DNA of 40,330 nucleotides, from the NCBI GenBank assembly GCA_018400395.1, contig JAGYMN010000002.1:1-40330 (forward strand), in the 5' to 3' direction. The notes beneath the pieces are model-generated. The model did no database searches, was not told the origin of the DNA, and was given only the letters and a program-made list of their open reading frames with translations. Shown here one piece after another: positions 1 to 8,764 of the stretch. This DNA comes from Actinomycetota bacterium (GTDB taxonomy: Bacteria > Actinomycetota > Humimicrobiia > Humimicrobiales > Humimicrobiaceae). The position numbers and the translations under genes are program-made. Position 1 is the stretch's first letter, and every line of letters begins with the position of its first letter.

Positions 1-66
1 AATACAGAAATTTCCAGGATTAAACTATATATTGGAAATCAAAAAAGACTGGTTTAAAATATTAAA

Positions 67-660
67 ATGGACAGGAATATAAATATACTTATATTAAACG
101 ATATAAACAACAACATCATAAGATTCCTCAGAAAAAGACTCCCGGAAATATTTAACAGCTCTGTAACTGTTTCGAAACATATAATAATTCCCTCATACCT
201 GTTCAATTGTGACAAAAAAAAGTATGATGGGAAAAAGGTACTGAAATTTATTACTGATAATATCACCCTCAAAGAAGTTAAAAATGTAAATATTGGAATC
301 TTTGACCGTGATATGTTTTCTGGAAACCTTGATTACACTTTTGGTCTTGCGTCTCTTTTTCCAAAGATAGGTGTTGTTTCTATAATAAGGCTTCACCCAC
401 ATTTTAATGAGGATTATTTTTCAAGAGGCTTGAGAAAGAGAAAGTCCGGAAAATTTCCCCTTTTTGTGAAAAGGTTGAGCATGCAAGAAAAAAATATTTA
501 TTACGAAAGAATACTAAAAGAAACCAGCCATATTATAGGCCATACCCTGGAACTCGGGCACTGTGAGAATAAAAGATGCATAATGGCCCCTTCCGGTACT
601 ATCATGGATATAGACCAAAAAGATATTATATTCTGCAGCAGATGCAGAAATTTAATTTAA
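67..660 (+). CDS. archaemetzincin-family zinc metallopeptidase homolog (catalytic Glu position not conserved)
   Basis: 197-aa ORF. The C-terminal segment SHIIGHTLELGHCENKRCIMAPSG...FCSRC fits the archaemetzincin pattern HExxHxxGx3Cx4CxM(~17)CxxC. The exceptions are that the first motif reads HIIGH (Ile where Glu is expected) and the Gly position is Glu. Confidence 0.7.
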   Translation: MDRNINILILNDINNNIIRFLRKRLPEIFNSSVTVSKHIIIPSYLFNCDKKKYDGKKVLKFITDNITLKEVKNVNIGIFDRDMFSGNLDYTFGLASLFPKIGVVSIIRLHPHFNEDYFSRGLRKRKSGKFPLFVKRLSMQEKNIYYERILKETSHIIGHTLELGHCENKRCIMAPSGTIMDIDQKDIIFCSRCRNLI

Positions 661-710
661 ATAAGTCTGGATGCAGACCAAAATAAAAACAGCCTGTATT
701 CCCATTTATT

Positions 711-2114
711 TTACAATTCTTTTTTATTATCCTGCTGCCTTACCCTTTTATTTTTTAACAGTAGATAGATAAGAATACCTGCAAGGTAAATTATAAATAA
801 CCCCATGGCATAGAAATAAAACACCGGTTTCCCTGCAGAATAACCGGTCACTGCAAGGCCCAGTATGAACATCAGGGGAATACCGAGCGGAAGGGCTACT
901 GCACCTCCAAGTACAAGATTTTCTGGAACATTTGACTCCGAATCAGGGTCGATCTCCCTCAAGAGTGCCATACTTGTGGTTATGGTACCGGTAAACTGAC
1001 CGTAGAGTCCTGCTATATGCTCGATTAAATAATTTGTATATATACGTCTGCATAAAAATACTGTGTATATTATAGTGAATATTCCTCCTATGCTGGTAAC
1101 CAGCACTATTGGAAGCCAGTTTTCCCTGAAGGTAGAAAGTGAAAGTGCTGCAATTGCAGAAACTATCATAAAGTCAAAAGAACCTGCCGATATCCTCTGA
1201 AGAATATAATTGTCCGGATAATTTACACGCAGCCAGTCTTTCCTTTTTAGTGCATTTAAGACTATCCTCACAATTATTGCGAAAAGGGTGCCTACAATAA
1301 AATGAAAGCCCCATAGTAGCTGGGCCACCGTGTAGCCGTATTCACCAAGCGGTCTAAGGGCAAGCGAGGCCCCCCTCAATGTAAAATATGTTATAAGATA
1401 GACAACCCCTATAAGAATGACCTGGAAGGTAAGGCTGTCCATGAACATCCTTCTTGGAATATTCTCTGTGTGCTTTTCCTCCATGTCATCACTTTTCAGA
1501 TTTATCAGTTTTTCCCTGTCTTCAAGACCCCAGGCCTTTTTCTTTCTTATGAGGATATTTATGAGCGGTATACCAAAAATAATGGCCCACAGAAAACCGA
1601 TAGTCGCAATTGAAAGACCAATATTGCCGCCGTTTAAAAACCCCAGTTCTTCCCAGCTCAGCCCTATTGAATACGCCTGTCCCGGCCCCTGTGCAAATCC
1701 AAGTGGGAGAAGAAGGCCGAAAGGCGGAAATAACCCGGGAAGTATTGTATAGGCAAGGAACAGGGTTATGGCAAACCCCAGTATCCCCTGAGACAGATAC
1801 GATGTTACTATCGCCAGTCCTGTATTTATATTATCCCTCCTGTGGTTGACCGGAACCGTTTTCCTCTCCTTTAATGCAATAGATATAAAGCCTATCGCCA
1901 TCAGATGATATATTATCAAACCAAGTTTTTCGGAGTCCAGGGTTATCCAGTTTAAGATTTCTGAACCAAGAATCAGCCCTATAAACCCCCCTATTATAGA
2001 AGTCGGGATAAGAAATTTTTGAAGAAACCTGATCTTTCTCTTAAGGATTACAGCGATTATAAAAAACAGCGAGAGGAATAAAAATTCCTTTACGGGTAAC
2101 CACATTTCAAGCAT
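711..2114 (-). CDS. gltS: sodium/glutamate symporter family (GltS-like) membrane transporter
   Basis: 467-aa polytopic membrane ORF. The N-terminus (...LKRKIRFLQKFLIPTSIIGGFIGLILG) and overall length and topology resemble GltS (E. coli ...VSFLKKYTIPEPVAGGLL...). This is a family-level call only. Confidence 0.55.
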   Translation of the reverse strand: MLEMWLPVKEFLFLSLFFIIAVILKRKIRFLQKFLIPTSIIGGFIGLILGSEILNWITLDSEKLGLIIYHLMAIGFISIALKERKTVPVNHRRDNINTGLAIVTSYLSQGILGFAITLFLAYTILPGLFPPFGLLLPLGFAQGPGQAYSIGLSWEELGFLNGGNIGLSIATIGFLWAIIFGIPLINILIRKKKAWGLEDREKLINLKSDDMEEKHTENIPRRMFMDSLTFQVILIGVVYLITYFTLRGASLALRPLGEYGYTVAQLLWGFHFIVGTLFAIIVRIVLNALKRKDWLRVNYPDNYILQRISAGSFDFMIVSAIAALSLSTFRENWLPIVLVTSIGGIFTIIYTVFLCRRIYTNYLIEHIAGLYGQFTGTITTSMALLREIDPDSESNVPENLVLGGAVALPLGIPLMFILGLAVTGYSAGKPVFYFYAMGLFIIYLAGILIYLLLKNKRVRQQDNKKEL

Positions 2115-2296
2115 ATTATGCCTTTCCTATTTAATAAGTTAAATGATATCAGAGAAAAATCCTTTAACATTTAAAGAGGATTCCCTGTTGATTTGACGTC
2201 CTGGCCATTATTAATGTTTCAAACCTAAAAAATCTAAACACTATACAGATATTCTGATATAATCCTCCCATATTAAATAACTGTAAGGATTTTAAA

Positions 2297-2929
2297 ATGG
2301 TTGATACTATTTATTTTAAAATAATATATGTAATTGCCAGCTATTTGCTGGGTTCAGTGCTGTTTTCTTATGTAATGTCAGCAATATATAACCGAAAAAA
2401 TAGGGAAAATGACCTGAGCAAAATCGATAGGCCTGGTGCAGCAGGAGCCGGGCGCCAGTTCGGCCTCGGGGCGGGTATCCTTACTTTTATTTTTGATTGT
2501 GCCAAGGGTGCTGCTGTTGTGCTCGTTGGAAAAGCAATCGGCCTGGACCCCTTAGTAATTGCCGCAGCATGCATTGCAGTAATTGCCGGACATAACTGGC
2601 CAGTATGGTTTAAATTCAGAGGCGGAGGCGGCCTTGCCACAGGAATAGGAATAGCAGCAGCACTGATGTTTGTCCCGTTCCTGCTCCTTCTGGGAATATC
2701 CGCTTCAGTAGGATTCATATATAAATATACTCTTGGCAGACATCACAGGGTAAATCCTAACGTAGTGGGCGGGGCTCTGGGTTCATTTCTTTTTCCTGTA
2801 TTTGCATATGTCTTTGATATGCCGCCTACAGTAATCGTAACGGCGATAATTATCTTCCTGATAATACTTACCAAGGGAATCATTCTGCATTTTATGTACC
2901 GTAATGTACCAACTGCAAATAAGTTTTAA
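2297..2929 (+). CDS. plsY: PlsY-family (acyl-phosphate:glycerol-3-phosphate acyltransferase-like) membrane protein, divergent motif 1
   Basis: 210-aa membrane ORF. YLLGSV at the N-terminus, DCAKGAAV, and AGHNWPVWFKFRGGGGLATGIG match PlsY (GH.FP.F.KFKGGKGVAT). The canonical GSGNxGATN motif is replaced by GAAGAGRQFG. Confidence 0.65.
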   Translation: MVDTIYFKIIYVIASYLLGSVLFSYVMSAIYNRKNRENDLSKIDRPGAAGAGRQFGLGAGILTFIFDCAKGAAVVLVGKAIGLDPLVIAAACIAVIAGHNWPVWFKFRGGGGLATGIGIAAALMFVPFLLLLGISASVGFIYKYTLGRHHRVNPNVVGGALGSFLFPVFAYVFDMPPTVIVTAIIIFLIILTKGIILHFMYRNVPTANKF

Positions 2930-2950
2930 AGCTGTAAACGGTAAAAATTC

Positions 2951-4162
2951 TTAAATAGCCTTACAGAACTTCTCTATCCTGTCCATCCCCTCTTCTATCT
3001 TATCAATGGCAGCAGCATAGCTTATTCTTATATACCTGTCATCCCCGAACGCCGAACCAGGTACTACTGCCACTTTTGCCTGCTCAAGAAGCCGTTCAGA
3101 GAAATCGTTAGAATTCCTTATACCGCCCCTATAGAATCCCGACACATCCGGGAATAAATAGAAAGCACCGCGGGGAAGCACGCATTTCATCCCATCAATC
3201 CTACATAACCTTTCATATGCATAATCTCTTCTCATCTCATATTCTTTTCTCATAATACCTACACTTTTCTGGCTGCCCTCAAGTGCCTCTACTGATGCCC
3301 ACTGTGCTATTGAACACGGGTTCGAAGGCGACTGTCCCTGTATCTTTGACATATGTACTATTATATCCTTATGGGCTGCGCAGTAACCTACCCGCCATCC
3401 CGTCATGGCATAGGTCTTCGAAACTGCATTAACTGTAATTGTTATATCTTTTAAATCACTGCTAAATCCTGCAATGCTGTAGTGGCGGGCACTGTCATAA
3501 ATGAATTTTTCATATACTTCATCCGCTATAATATGGATGCCGTTTTCCAGGCAGATTTTTGCTATCTCTCCCATCTCTTCCTCTGCATACACGGTGCCTG
3601 CAGGATTGTTCGGACTGTTTACTATTATAAGTTTTATTGGATTTTTAAAATCAGAGATAACTTTTTTAAGGTGACCCGTATCGGGTTTTAGATTATCCTT
3701 AAAATCCACTTCCAGGGGGATGCCGTCCGATAGCAGCACCTGCTGTGTATAGCTTACCCAGTAGGGCTTTAGTACAAGAACACCGTCTCCAGGGTTTACA
3801 AAAGCCCTTATTATTGTATCAAGAACCTGTTTTGCACCTATGCCTGCAAGGATGTTTTCAGTTCCGTATTCAAGACCATTATCCCTTTTAAACTTATTTA
3901 CAATAGCCTGTTTTAACTCTTTAACACCGGTTGCAGGGGTGTACCTGGTCTTATTATCATCAATAGCCTGTTTAGCGGCTTCCTTGATATTGTCAGGAGT
4001 ATTGAAATCAGGCTGTCCTATACCAAACCTTACCACAAAATCACCCTGCTTCTTAAGCTCAGCGTCAATATCATTTGCCCTGCTGTCTAGGGCAAATGTG
4101 GGGCTTTCCTCAAGTCTTAAAACCTTTTTTGATAATATATCCTCCATATCCCTGCCGCGCAT
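2951..4162 (-). CDS. aspC: class I/II PLP-dependent aminotransferase (aspartate aminotransferase-like)
   Basis: 403-aa ORF with SPNNPAGTVY, the Schiff-base lysine context NAVSKTYAMTGWRVGY, and C-terminal RISYA. A strong SD (AAGGAAGGGGTG) lies 6 nt upstream of the ATG at 4162. Confidence 0.85.
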   Translation of the reverse strand: MRGRDMEDILSKKVLRLEESPTFALDSRANDIDAELKKQGDFVVRFGIGQPDFNTPDNIKEAAKQAIDDNKTRYTPATGVKELKQAIVNKFKRDNGLEYGTENILAGIGAKQVLDTIIRAFVNPGDGVLVLKPYWVSYTQQVLLSDGIPLEVDFKDNLKPDTGHLKKVISDFKNPIKLIIVNSPNNPAGTVYAEEEMGEIAKICLENGIHIIADEVYEKFIYDSARHYSIAGFSSDLKDITITVNAVSKTYAMTGWRVGYCAAHKDIIVHMSKIQGQSPSNPCSIAQWASVEALEGSQKSVGIMRKEYEMRRDYAYERLCRIDGMKCVLPRGAFYLFPDVSGFYRGGIRNSNDFSERLLEQAKVAVVPGSAFGDDRYIRISYAAAIDKIEEGMDRIEKFCKAI

Positions 4163-4292
4163 TTAATTCACCCCTTCCTTTATCTTAAAATGGTATTAAA
4201 GTATATAATATTTTAGTATTTTAACATACCACCACATAAAAAATCCTGTAATATATGAAGATCCGGAAAATACAAATCAGGAGAAAAGCTGG

Positions 4293-4321
4293 TTCAAATT
4301 TTTAATATACTCTGATAAAAT
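4293..4321 (+). promoter_or_regulatory. candidate sigma70-type promoter for tRNA-Val (TTCAAA-17 nt-TAAAAT)
   Basis: The hexamers were read directly: TTCAAA at 4293-4298 and TAAAAT at 4316-4321, with a 17-nt spacer. The -10 element ends 9 nt before the tRNA 5' end. Confidence 0.35.
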
Positions 4322-4330
4322 TTTTAGACA

Positions 4331-4407
4331 GGGCGATTAGCTCAGCAGGTTAGAGCGCTGCGTCGACATCGCAGAGGTCATTGGTTCAAATCCGATATCG
4401 CCCACCA
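4331..4407 (+). tRNA. tRNA-Val (anticodon GAC), CCA encoded
   Basis: Manual cloverleaf: acceptor GGGCGAT/ATCGCCC, D arm GCTC-AGCAGGTTA-GAGC, anticodon arm CTGCG-TCGACAT-CGCAG, variable loop AGGTC, T arm ATTGG-TTCAAAT-CCGAT, discriminator A, then CCA. Total length is 77 nt. Confidence 0.9.
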
Positions 4408-4631
4408 TTAAACTTCTACTGTTCCAATAGTGCTTTTATGATATTTCTGAACCCTGAAAATAGTGAATCTGAATAAACTGGGTACAGGGGCTTCCTATTT
4501 TCTATGTTCTATCAAAATGGCATTTGAATATTTTTTTGAAAGGTGGTATAAACCCTAAACTATTAATTATTTAAAATGATGAAACTATTTGGATTGCCTT
4601 TCAGAATTTAATATATAAGGTGTGATAACTA

Positions 4632-4958
4632 ATGAAAAAATTAATTACTTTTCAGGACATAGACAGTGCCAGGAAAGTGCTTGGTTTATTAGACACCGCA
4701 AGCATAGAGGACATTAAAAACAGCTACAGAGAGCTGATCGTTAAATATCACCCTGACAGACACCAGAACAGTAAGAACAGAGCAGAATATGAGGAAAAGA
4801 TAAAGAAAATAAATAATTCCTACAGGATAATTATGAATTACTGCACAAATTATCCTATCTCTTTTAGCAGGGACAAAGTAAAGCTGGTAGAAGAAGGGGA
4901 ATATATTGAGGACCATTTAAGAAGATTTTATGATGGATGGGTAAGCGGTAGAGACTGA
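4632..4958 (+). CDS. small J-domain (DnaJ-like) protein
   Basis: 108-aa ORF with YRELIVKYHPDRH (HPD tripeptide in a J-domain helix II/III context). SD AAGGTG lies 9 nt upstream of the ATG. Confidence 0.8.
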   Translation: MKKLITFQDIDSARKVLGLLDTASIEDIKNSYRELIVKYHPDRHQNSKNRAEYEEKIKKINNSYRIIMNYCTNYPISFSRDKVKLVEEGEYIEDHLRRFYDGWVSGRD

Positions 4959-4968
4959 TGCCTTTAAT

Positions 4969-6471
4969 CTACCTTGACGCTTCTTTTAGTCCCCGCAGTA
5001 TATGTATCATGCCCCCGGTATCCATTCTGCAGTATAATATAAGATCTTTTCTTATTTTTTTGATTTCGGCCTGAGAAGGCCGGGTATTGCCCGCAGAATA
5101 ATGGCCGCACGCGTAAAGAAAATACACGCTGGCAGAAAGACCGTCTGCTATATCCATATTGCTGTAACTGTAACTGGTCATTGCAGGCAGGACGCTCTTC
5201 ACCGAGGCGCTCCCTTTCTGAAAAGAGTTATAGTAGTAAAAATTTCCAAACGGCCTGTAAAGATCTACTATCCTCGGAAACAGGGTTTCTATCCAATCCC
5301 CGTATTCCGGAAAGTCATCTGCCAGTTCTCTCAGTACTCCTTTCTCGAAAAATTCATAATATACAATTATGCTGCCGGACTGGCCAAGATGTTCTTTTAA
5401 ATTCTTTAATAATTCTTTCCTCGGATCCTGATTACATAAAGCTAAAAAATCGTAATGGACAGGTTTTTTATCTGAAAGATCTTCCACCATGTGAATTGAA
5501 TACTGGAAAGGTATCCGCTGGAACGGCTTTGTATGATTGTATATGGGTACAGCTGTTGAATATGTTTCAAAATCAAAGAAATAAAGCGGCTTTCTAAGGC
5601 TCTTTAAAAAATCGGATATCTTCTCTTTTTCAACATAGGGTTTTTTTGTGGCGGCACACTCTCTCTGGATTCTCTGCTTGGTACTCAGATTATATCCGCC
5701 GGGGATATCATCTATGGACAATATACCCTTTTCATAAAGATCCATTGCCCTGTCTTTATTGCCGTATAGATTAAAAATATGATTTTCCGGCATAAAATCC
5801 CAGCATTTATTCCTGATCGGACACGTATAAGGGTTATAGCAGTGCCTGCCAATTTTTACGGATGGCGGCTCAGGCTCTCCCAGCATCTGCAGCATATATT
5901 TTAAAGTCCCGGGAACATCCTTGACCGCGCTGTCCACTTCGGCAGTTATGTCATGGACCTCAAACAACTCCTCCGGATTTATCTCTACCGGTCTAACATA
6001 TTTATTATTTATAAGAGCAAGGAAACACCTTCTTATTTTTATCCCGGCCTGGATAAAAGAATATTTCTGGAAGGAAACATCATCTATGTACTCTTCCTTT
6101 AGTCGTGTGGAGCTCTTTACCTCTATAATGTCCCATTCGTTGCCGGGGGCAGGTTTTAAAATATCTGCCCGGCTGTAAACATTACCGGCACAACTTGACG
6201 CCTCAAAAATCAGGCGCCTTTCGGGTAAAAGTTCCAATGTCCTGGCAATCTGGAGATCCGGGTCTCTTATTTCTCCCAGATCTATCCCGTCAGGAAAAAG
6301 TTTCTTTGCGTATTGTCCTACCAGAAATCCCTGGTCAAAAATAAATTTTGTAGAGAAATCCGGTTCCGGAATCTCCTCTCCTGCATTAACAATATACCAC
6401 AAATATTTCATGCACTGGAGGCCTGCCATATATTTTGATTTTGATATTACTAACTTTTTGCCTTTGACCAC
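4969..6471 (-). CDS. DUF2779-type two-domain nuclease (Cas4/RecB-like PD-(D/E)xK N-domain plus DEDD-like C-domain)
   Basis: 500-aa ORF. The N-terminus SKSKYMAGLQCMKYLWY is typical of DUF2779. RADIL...IIEVKSS...QKY gives a D/ExK/Q.Y nuclease pattern. One N-terminal Cys plus CYNPYTCPIRNKC forms a Cas4-like 4-Cys set. The C-terminal half starts with YFFDFETYS (DxE exonuclease-like) and ends with YCRMDT. Confidence 0.75.
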   Translation of the reverse strand: MVKGKKLVISKSKYMAGLQCMKYLWYIVNAGEEIPEPDFSTKFIFDQGFLVGQYAKKLFPDGIDLGEIRDPDLQIARTLELLPERRLIFEASSCAGNVYSRADILKPAPGNEWDIIEVKSSTRLKEEYIDDVSFQKYSFIQAGIKIRRCFLALINNKYVRPVEINPEELFEVHDITAEVDSAVKDVPGTLKYMLQMLGEPEPPSVKIGRHCYNPYTCPIRNKCWDFMPENHIFNLYGNKDRAMDLYEKGILSIDDIPGGYNLSTKQRIQRECAATKKPYVEKEKISDFLKSLRKPLYFFDFETYSTAVPIYNHTKPFQRIPFQYSIHMVEDLSDKKPVHYDFLALCNQDPRKELLKNLKEHLGQSGSIIVYYEFFEKGVLRELADDFPEYGDWIETLFPRIVDLYRPFGNFYYYNSFQKGSASVKSVLPAMTSYSYSNMDIADGLSASVYFLYACGHYSAGNTRPSQAEIKKIRKDLILYCRMDTGGMIHILRGLKEASR

Positions 6472-6541
6472 AAAATTACCTGCGGAAATCTTATTAAACT
6501 CTGCCCATACTCTCTAAGAGTACGGGCATTTACACTATACT

Positions 6542-7114
6542 CTAAAGGCCCAGCTCTTTATCTATCTTCTGCATTGCAGCAAGTGATATTTCAACGAATT
6601 CTCCAAGCGTAAAACGCAGAGCCTCACATTTTTTTATCTGTTCCCTGCTTACTCCCCTGGCAAAAGCTTTTTCATTAAACCTTTTCAAAACTGATTTTGC
6701 ATTTAGAGTCTTAAGCTTCTTATCCGGTCTTATAAGAGCTGCGGCCACTATAAGACCTGACAGGGGATCCGCTGAATAAAGCGCAATATCCATTTCACTC
6801 TTTAGGGGCAGGCCGTGGATTTCGTTATGTGCTTTTACTGCATAAACTATATCTTCCCCAAATCCGATATCCTCCAGCATTTGTCCGCCAATTAGAGAGT
6901 GTTTTTCGGGTTCGCCTGCTGTACTTTCATAATCTATATCATGGACAAGCCCCGCCATAGCCCATTTTTCTTCATCAAAATCTCCATCTTTAACCCTTTT
7001 ATTCAGCTGGGCTGCGATTTCCTTCATAATAGCTTCCACTGCCAGACAGTGCTTTAATAGATTTTTATTTTTTATTTTGTCCTCCACAAGTCCGAGGGCC
7101 TCTTCTCTGTCCAA
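6542..7114 (-). CDS. HD/HDIG-domain metal-dependent phosphohydrolase
   Basis: LLKHCLAVEAIM...GLVHDIDYE...AVKAHN gives the H...HD...H pattern. The ORF is open to 7234, but that start would overlap the upstream gene by 92 nt. A TTG at 7114 is preceded by GGGAGGAG (7123-7130), which lies after the upstream stop (7143). An ATG at 7165 is an alternative start. Confidence 0.75.
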   Translation of the reverse strand: MDREEALGLVEDKIKNKNLLKHCLAVEAIMKEIAAQLNKRVKDGDFDEEKWAMAGLVHDIDYESTAGEPEKHSLIGGQMLEDIGFGEDIVYAVKAHNEIHGLPLKSEMDIALYSADPLSGLIVAAALIRPDKKLKTLNAKSVLKRFNEKAFARGVSREQIKKCEALRFTLGEFVEISLAAMQKIDKELGL

Positions 7115-7142
7115 AATCTTTTCTCCTCCCAATATATTACTT

Positions 7143-8276
7143 TTATCCTTTCTCAAATCCAGCATAGATCTTTTCAAAGTCAATTCCTGCAATAATGCTG
7201 TTTTTATACTTTTTTCTAAGATTTTTCCTTGCATTTAAAAGTGCTTCATTTCTTATACCATTCTTTAGGGCCAGGTAGGCTTCCATGTATGCCGCAAGGT
7301 CGTCTGCGCCCTTTACAAGTGAGCCGTCCCTTATATCATTATCAGAGAATTCATTCTCGGTAAAAAGTCTCATATCCTTATGCCAGCTTTCCGGGATTAG
7401 TTTATAAATCCTCTTTTCCATTTCCTGCATTTCATATTCCTTTATCAGCCCGTCAAGGCCTTCTACCGACTTTTTAACAGGATTTATCACATCCCTTGTA
7501 AGTACCTCCGGAAAATCATGAAAAAGTCCTGTGTAATAATTGTTTATACACCTTTCCCTGTTGAAACCCGCAGCATATGAAAAAATATATGAATAAATTG
7601 CAACTATAAGCATATGACCCAGGACAGATGTCCTGGGAATTCTGTAAAGATGGCTCCACCTCTGCTGGAATCTGAGCTGTCCTGCAATGTTCAAAAATTG
7701 CTTCAGGTCCTTATTCCCGTTTTCTTCAAGGCTTTTCAGGCATTCAAGGTTGCTGTATTTCTTTTTTTCACGCTTTATGCTCTGGTCTATTTCTTCATGC
7801 AGGAAAATCCGGTTGCCTGACTCGCTCATAATCTTAAATTCCCATTCGGTTATATAAAAATGTGCAGCATTGACTATTCTTGTCTCCAGGCAGTCTTTTT
7901 TATCATAAATGTACTCCTTTATTCTTTCAATAAACTCCCCGCCCAGGCTGTTTACCAGCGGATAGACTCTTTCAAATACCCAGCTGTTGAGCTTCTGGTA
8001 TTTTGCTCTGTCTTCTTTGATCCTGTATATAAGCGGCGGCTTAAGATCTGTCAGGATTATCCTCTTTAGGAAACCAAAAAACCCGGCTTCGATTACTTTT
8101 ATCCAGTCTATCCTGTGCCCTTCTATCTCTTCCTGGCATTTACCCAGCACATATGCGGCTACCATCTTGTGTGCCTGCTTGTCAAGCTCTGTAAACTCGA
8201 TGCTTCTTATCTGGTCATTCCAGCGCTGCATACCGGCAGCTTCGTAGATTTTTAAAAGAAGTAAGTTAATATCCAT
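7143..8276 (-). CDS. HD-domain protein with duplicated YfbR-like architecture
   Basis: About 377 aa. Two related halves begin MQRWNDQIR...ELDKQAHK and QQRWSHLYR...SVLGHML. Only the second half keeps the metal-binding LFHDFPEVLTRDV motif. The ATG at 8276 is used here; a TTG two codons upstream (8282) is also possible. Confidence 0.7.
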   Translation of the reverse strand: MDINLLLLKIYEAAGMQRWNDQIRSIEFTELDKQAHKMVAAYVLGKCQEEIEGHRIDWIKVIEAGFFGFLKRIILTDLKPPLIYRIKEDRAKYQKLNSWVFERVYPLVNSLGGEFIERIKEYIYDKKDCLETRIVNAAHFYITEWEFKIMSESGNRIFLHEEIDQSIKREKKKYSNLECLKSLEENGNKDLKQFLNIAGQLRFQQRWSHLYRIPRTSVLGHMLIVAIYSYIFSYAAGFNRERCINNYYTGLFHDFPEVLTRDVINPVKKSVEGLDGLIKEYEMQEMEKRIYKLIPESWHKDMRLFTENEFSDNDIRDGSLVKGADDLAAYMEAYLALKNGIRNEALLNARKNLRKKYKNSIIAGIDFEKIYAGFEKG

Positions 8277-8473
8277 AAACAAATACCATTAAACAAAAAT
8301 TTATCTTTTCTGCATCTTATCCGGAATCTTTGTTTAATTATAGCAAAATACATTACATTATCATCCTTTATTTTAGGTCATGCCCCGTCTGATTTTAAAA
8401 TTAAAGTTAAATCATTATTATCTATTGTGATATAATTTTGTATTATATCTCTTTAAAAAAGAAAGAGCCTGAA

Positions 8474-8695
8474 ATGAGTAAAATGGAAATAATAGAAGTC
8501 TTCGGTTCAAGATCGGATGCCGAGCTTGCAAAAGGATACCTTGAAAGTCTGGGAATAGAGTCAAGGATCGTAGCTGACGACGTGGATCAACTCTACCCTT
8601 CGCTCGATATCGTCCGGGGCGTAAAACTCATTACAAAAAGCAGCCTTGTTAAAAGAGCAAAAAAGCTGATCAACAAAAAAATAAAGGATAATTAA
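8474..8695 (+). CDS. small DUF2007-like (putative signal-transducing) protein
   Basis: 73 aa from the internal ATG. MEIIEVFGSRSDAELAKGYLESLGIESRIV resembles the DUF2007 beta-alpha-beta pattern. This is a weak family call. Confidence 0.4.
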   Translation: MSKMEIIEVFGSRSDAELAKGYLESLGIESRIVADDVDQLYPSLDIVRGVKLITKSSLVKRAKKLINKKIKDN

Positions 8696-8764
8696 TATAA
8701 ATTTCACCGGCCATACCCATCCCGGTTAAATATTAATAAACAATCAGGCCAACTTATCCGAAAA

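Noticed and set aside
689-701. A 13-nt exact repeat, AACAGCCTGTATT, occurs both here and at 40185-40197, each about 30-40 nt downstream of a plus-strand stop codon.
   Set aside because: A 13-mer match between two sites in a 40-kb AT-rich window is within chance expectation. No convincing hairpin or T tract accompanies either copy.
4163-4631. tRNA-Val followed by the DUF2779 nuclease and J-domain gene, considered as a possible tRNA-targeted integrated element or defence island.
   Set aside because: There is no integrase, no recombinase, no direct repeat of the tRNA 3' end and no other mobile-element genes in the flanks.
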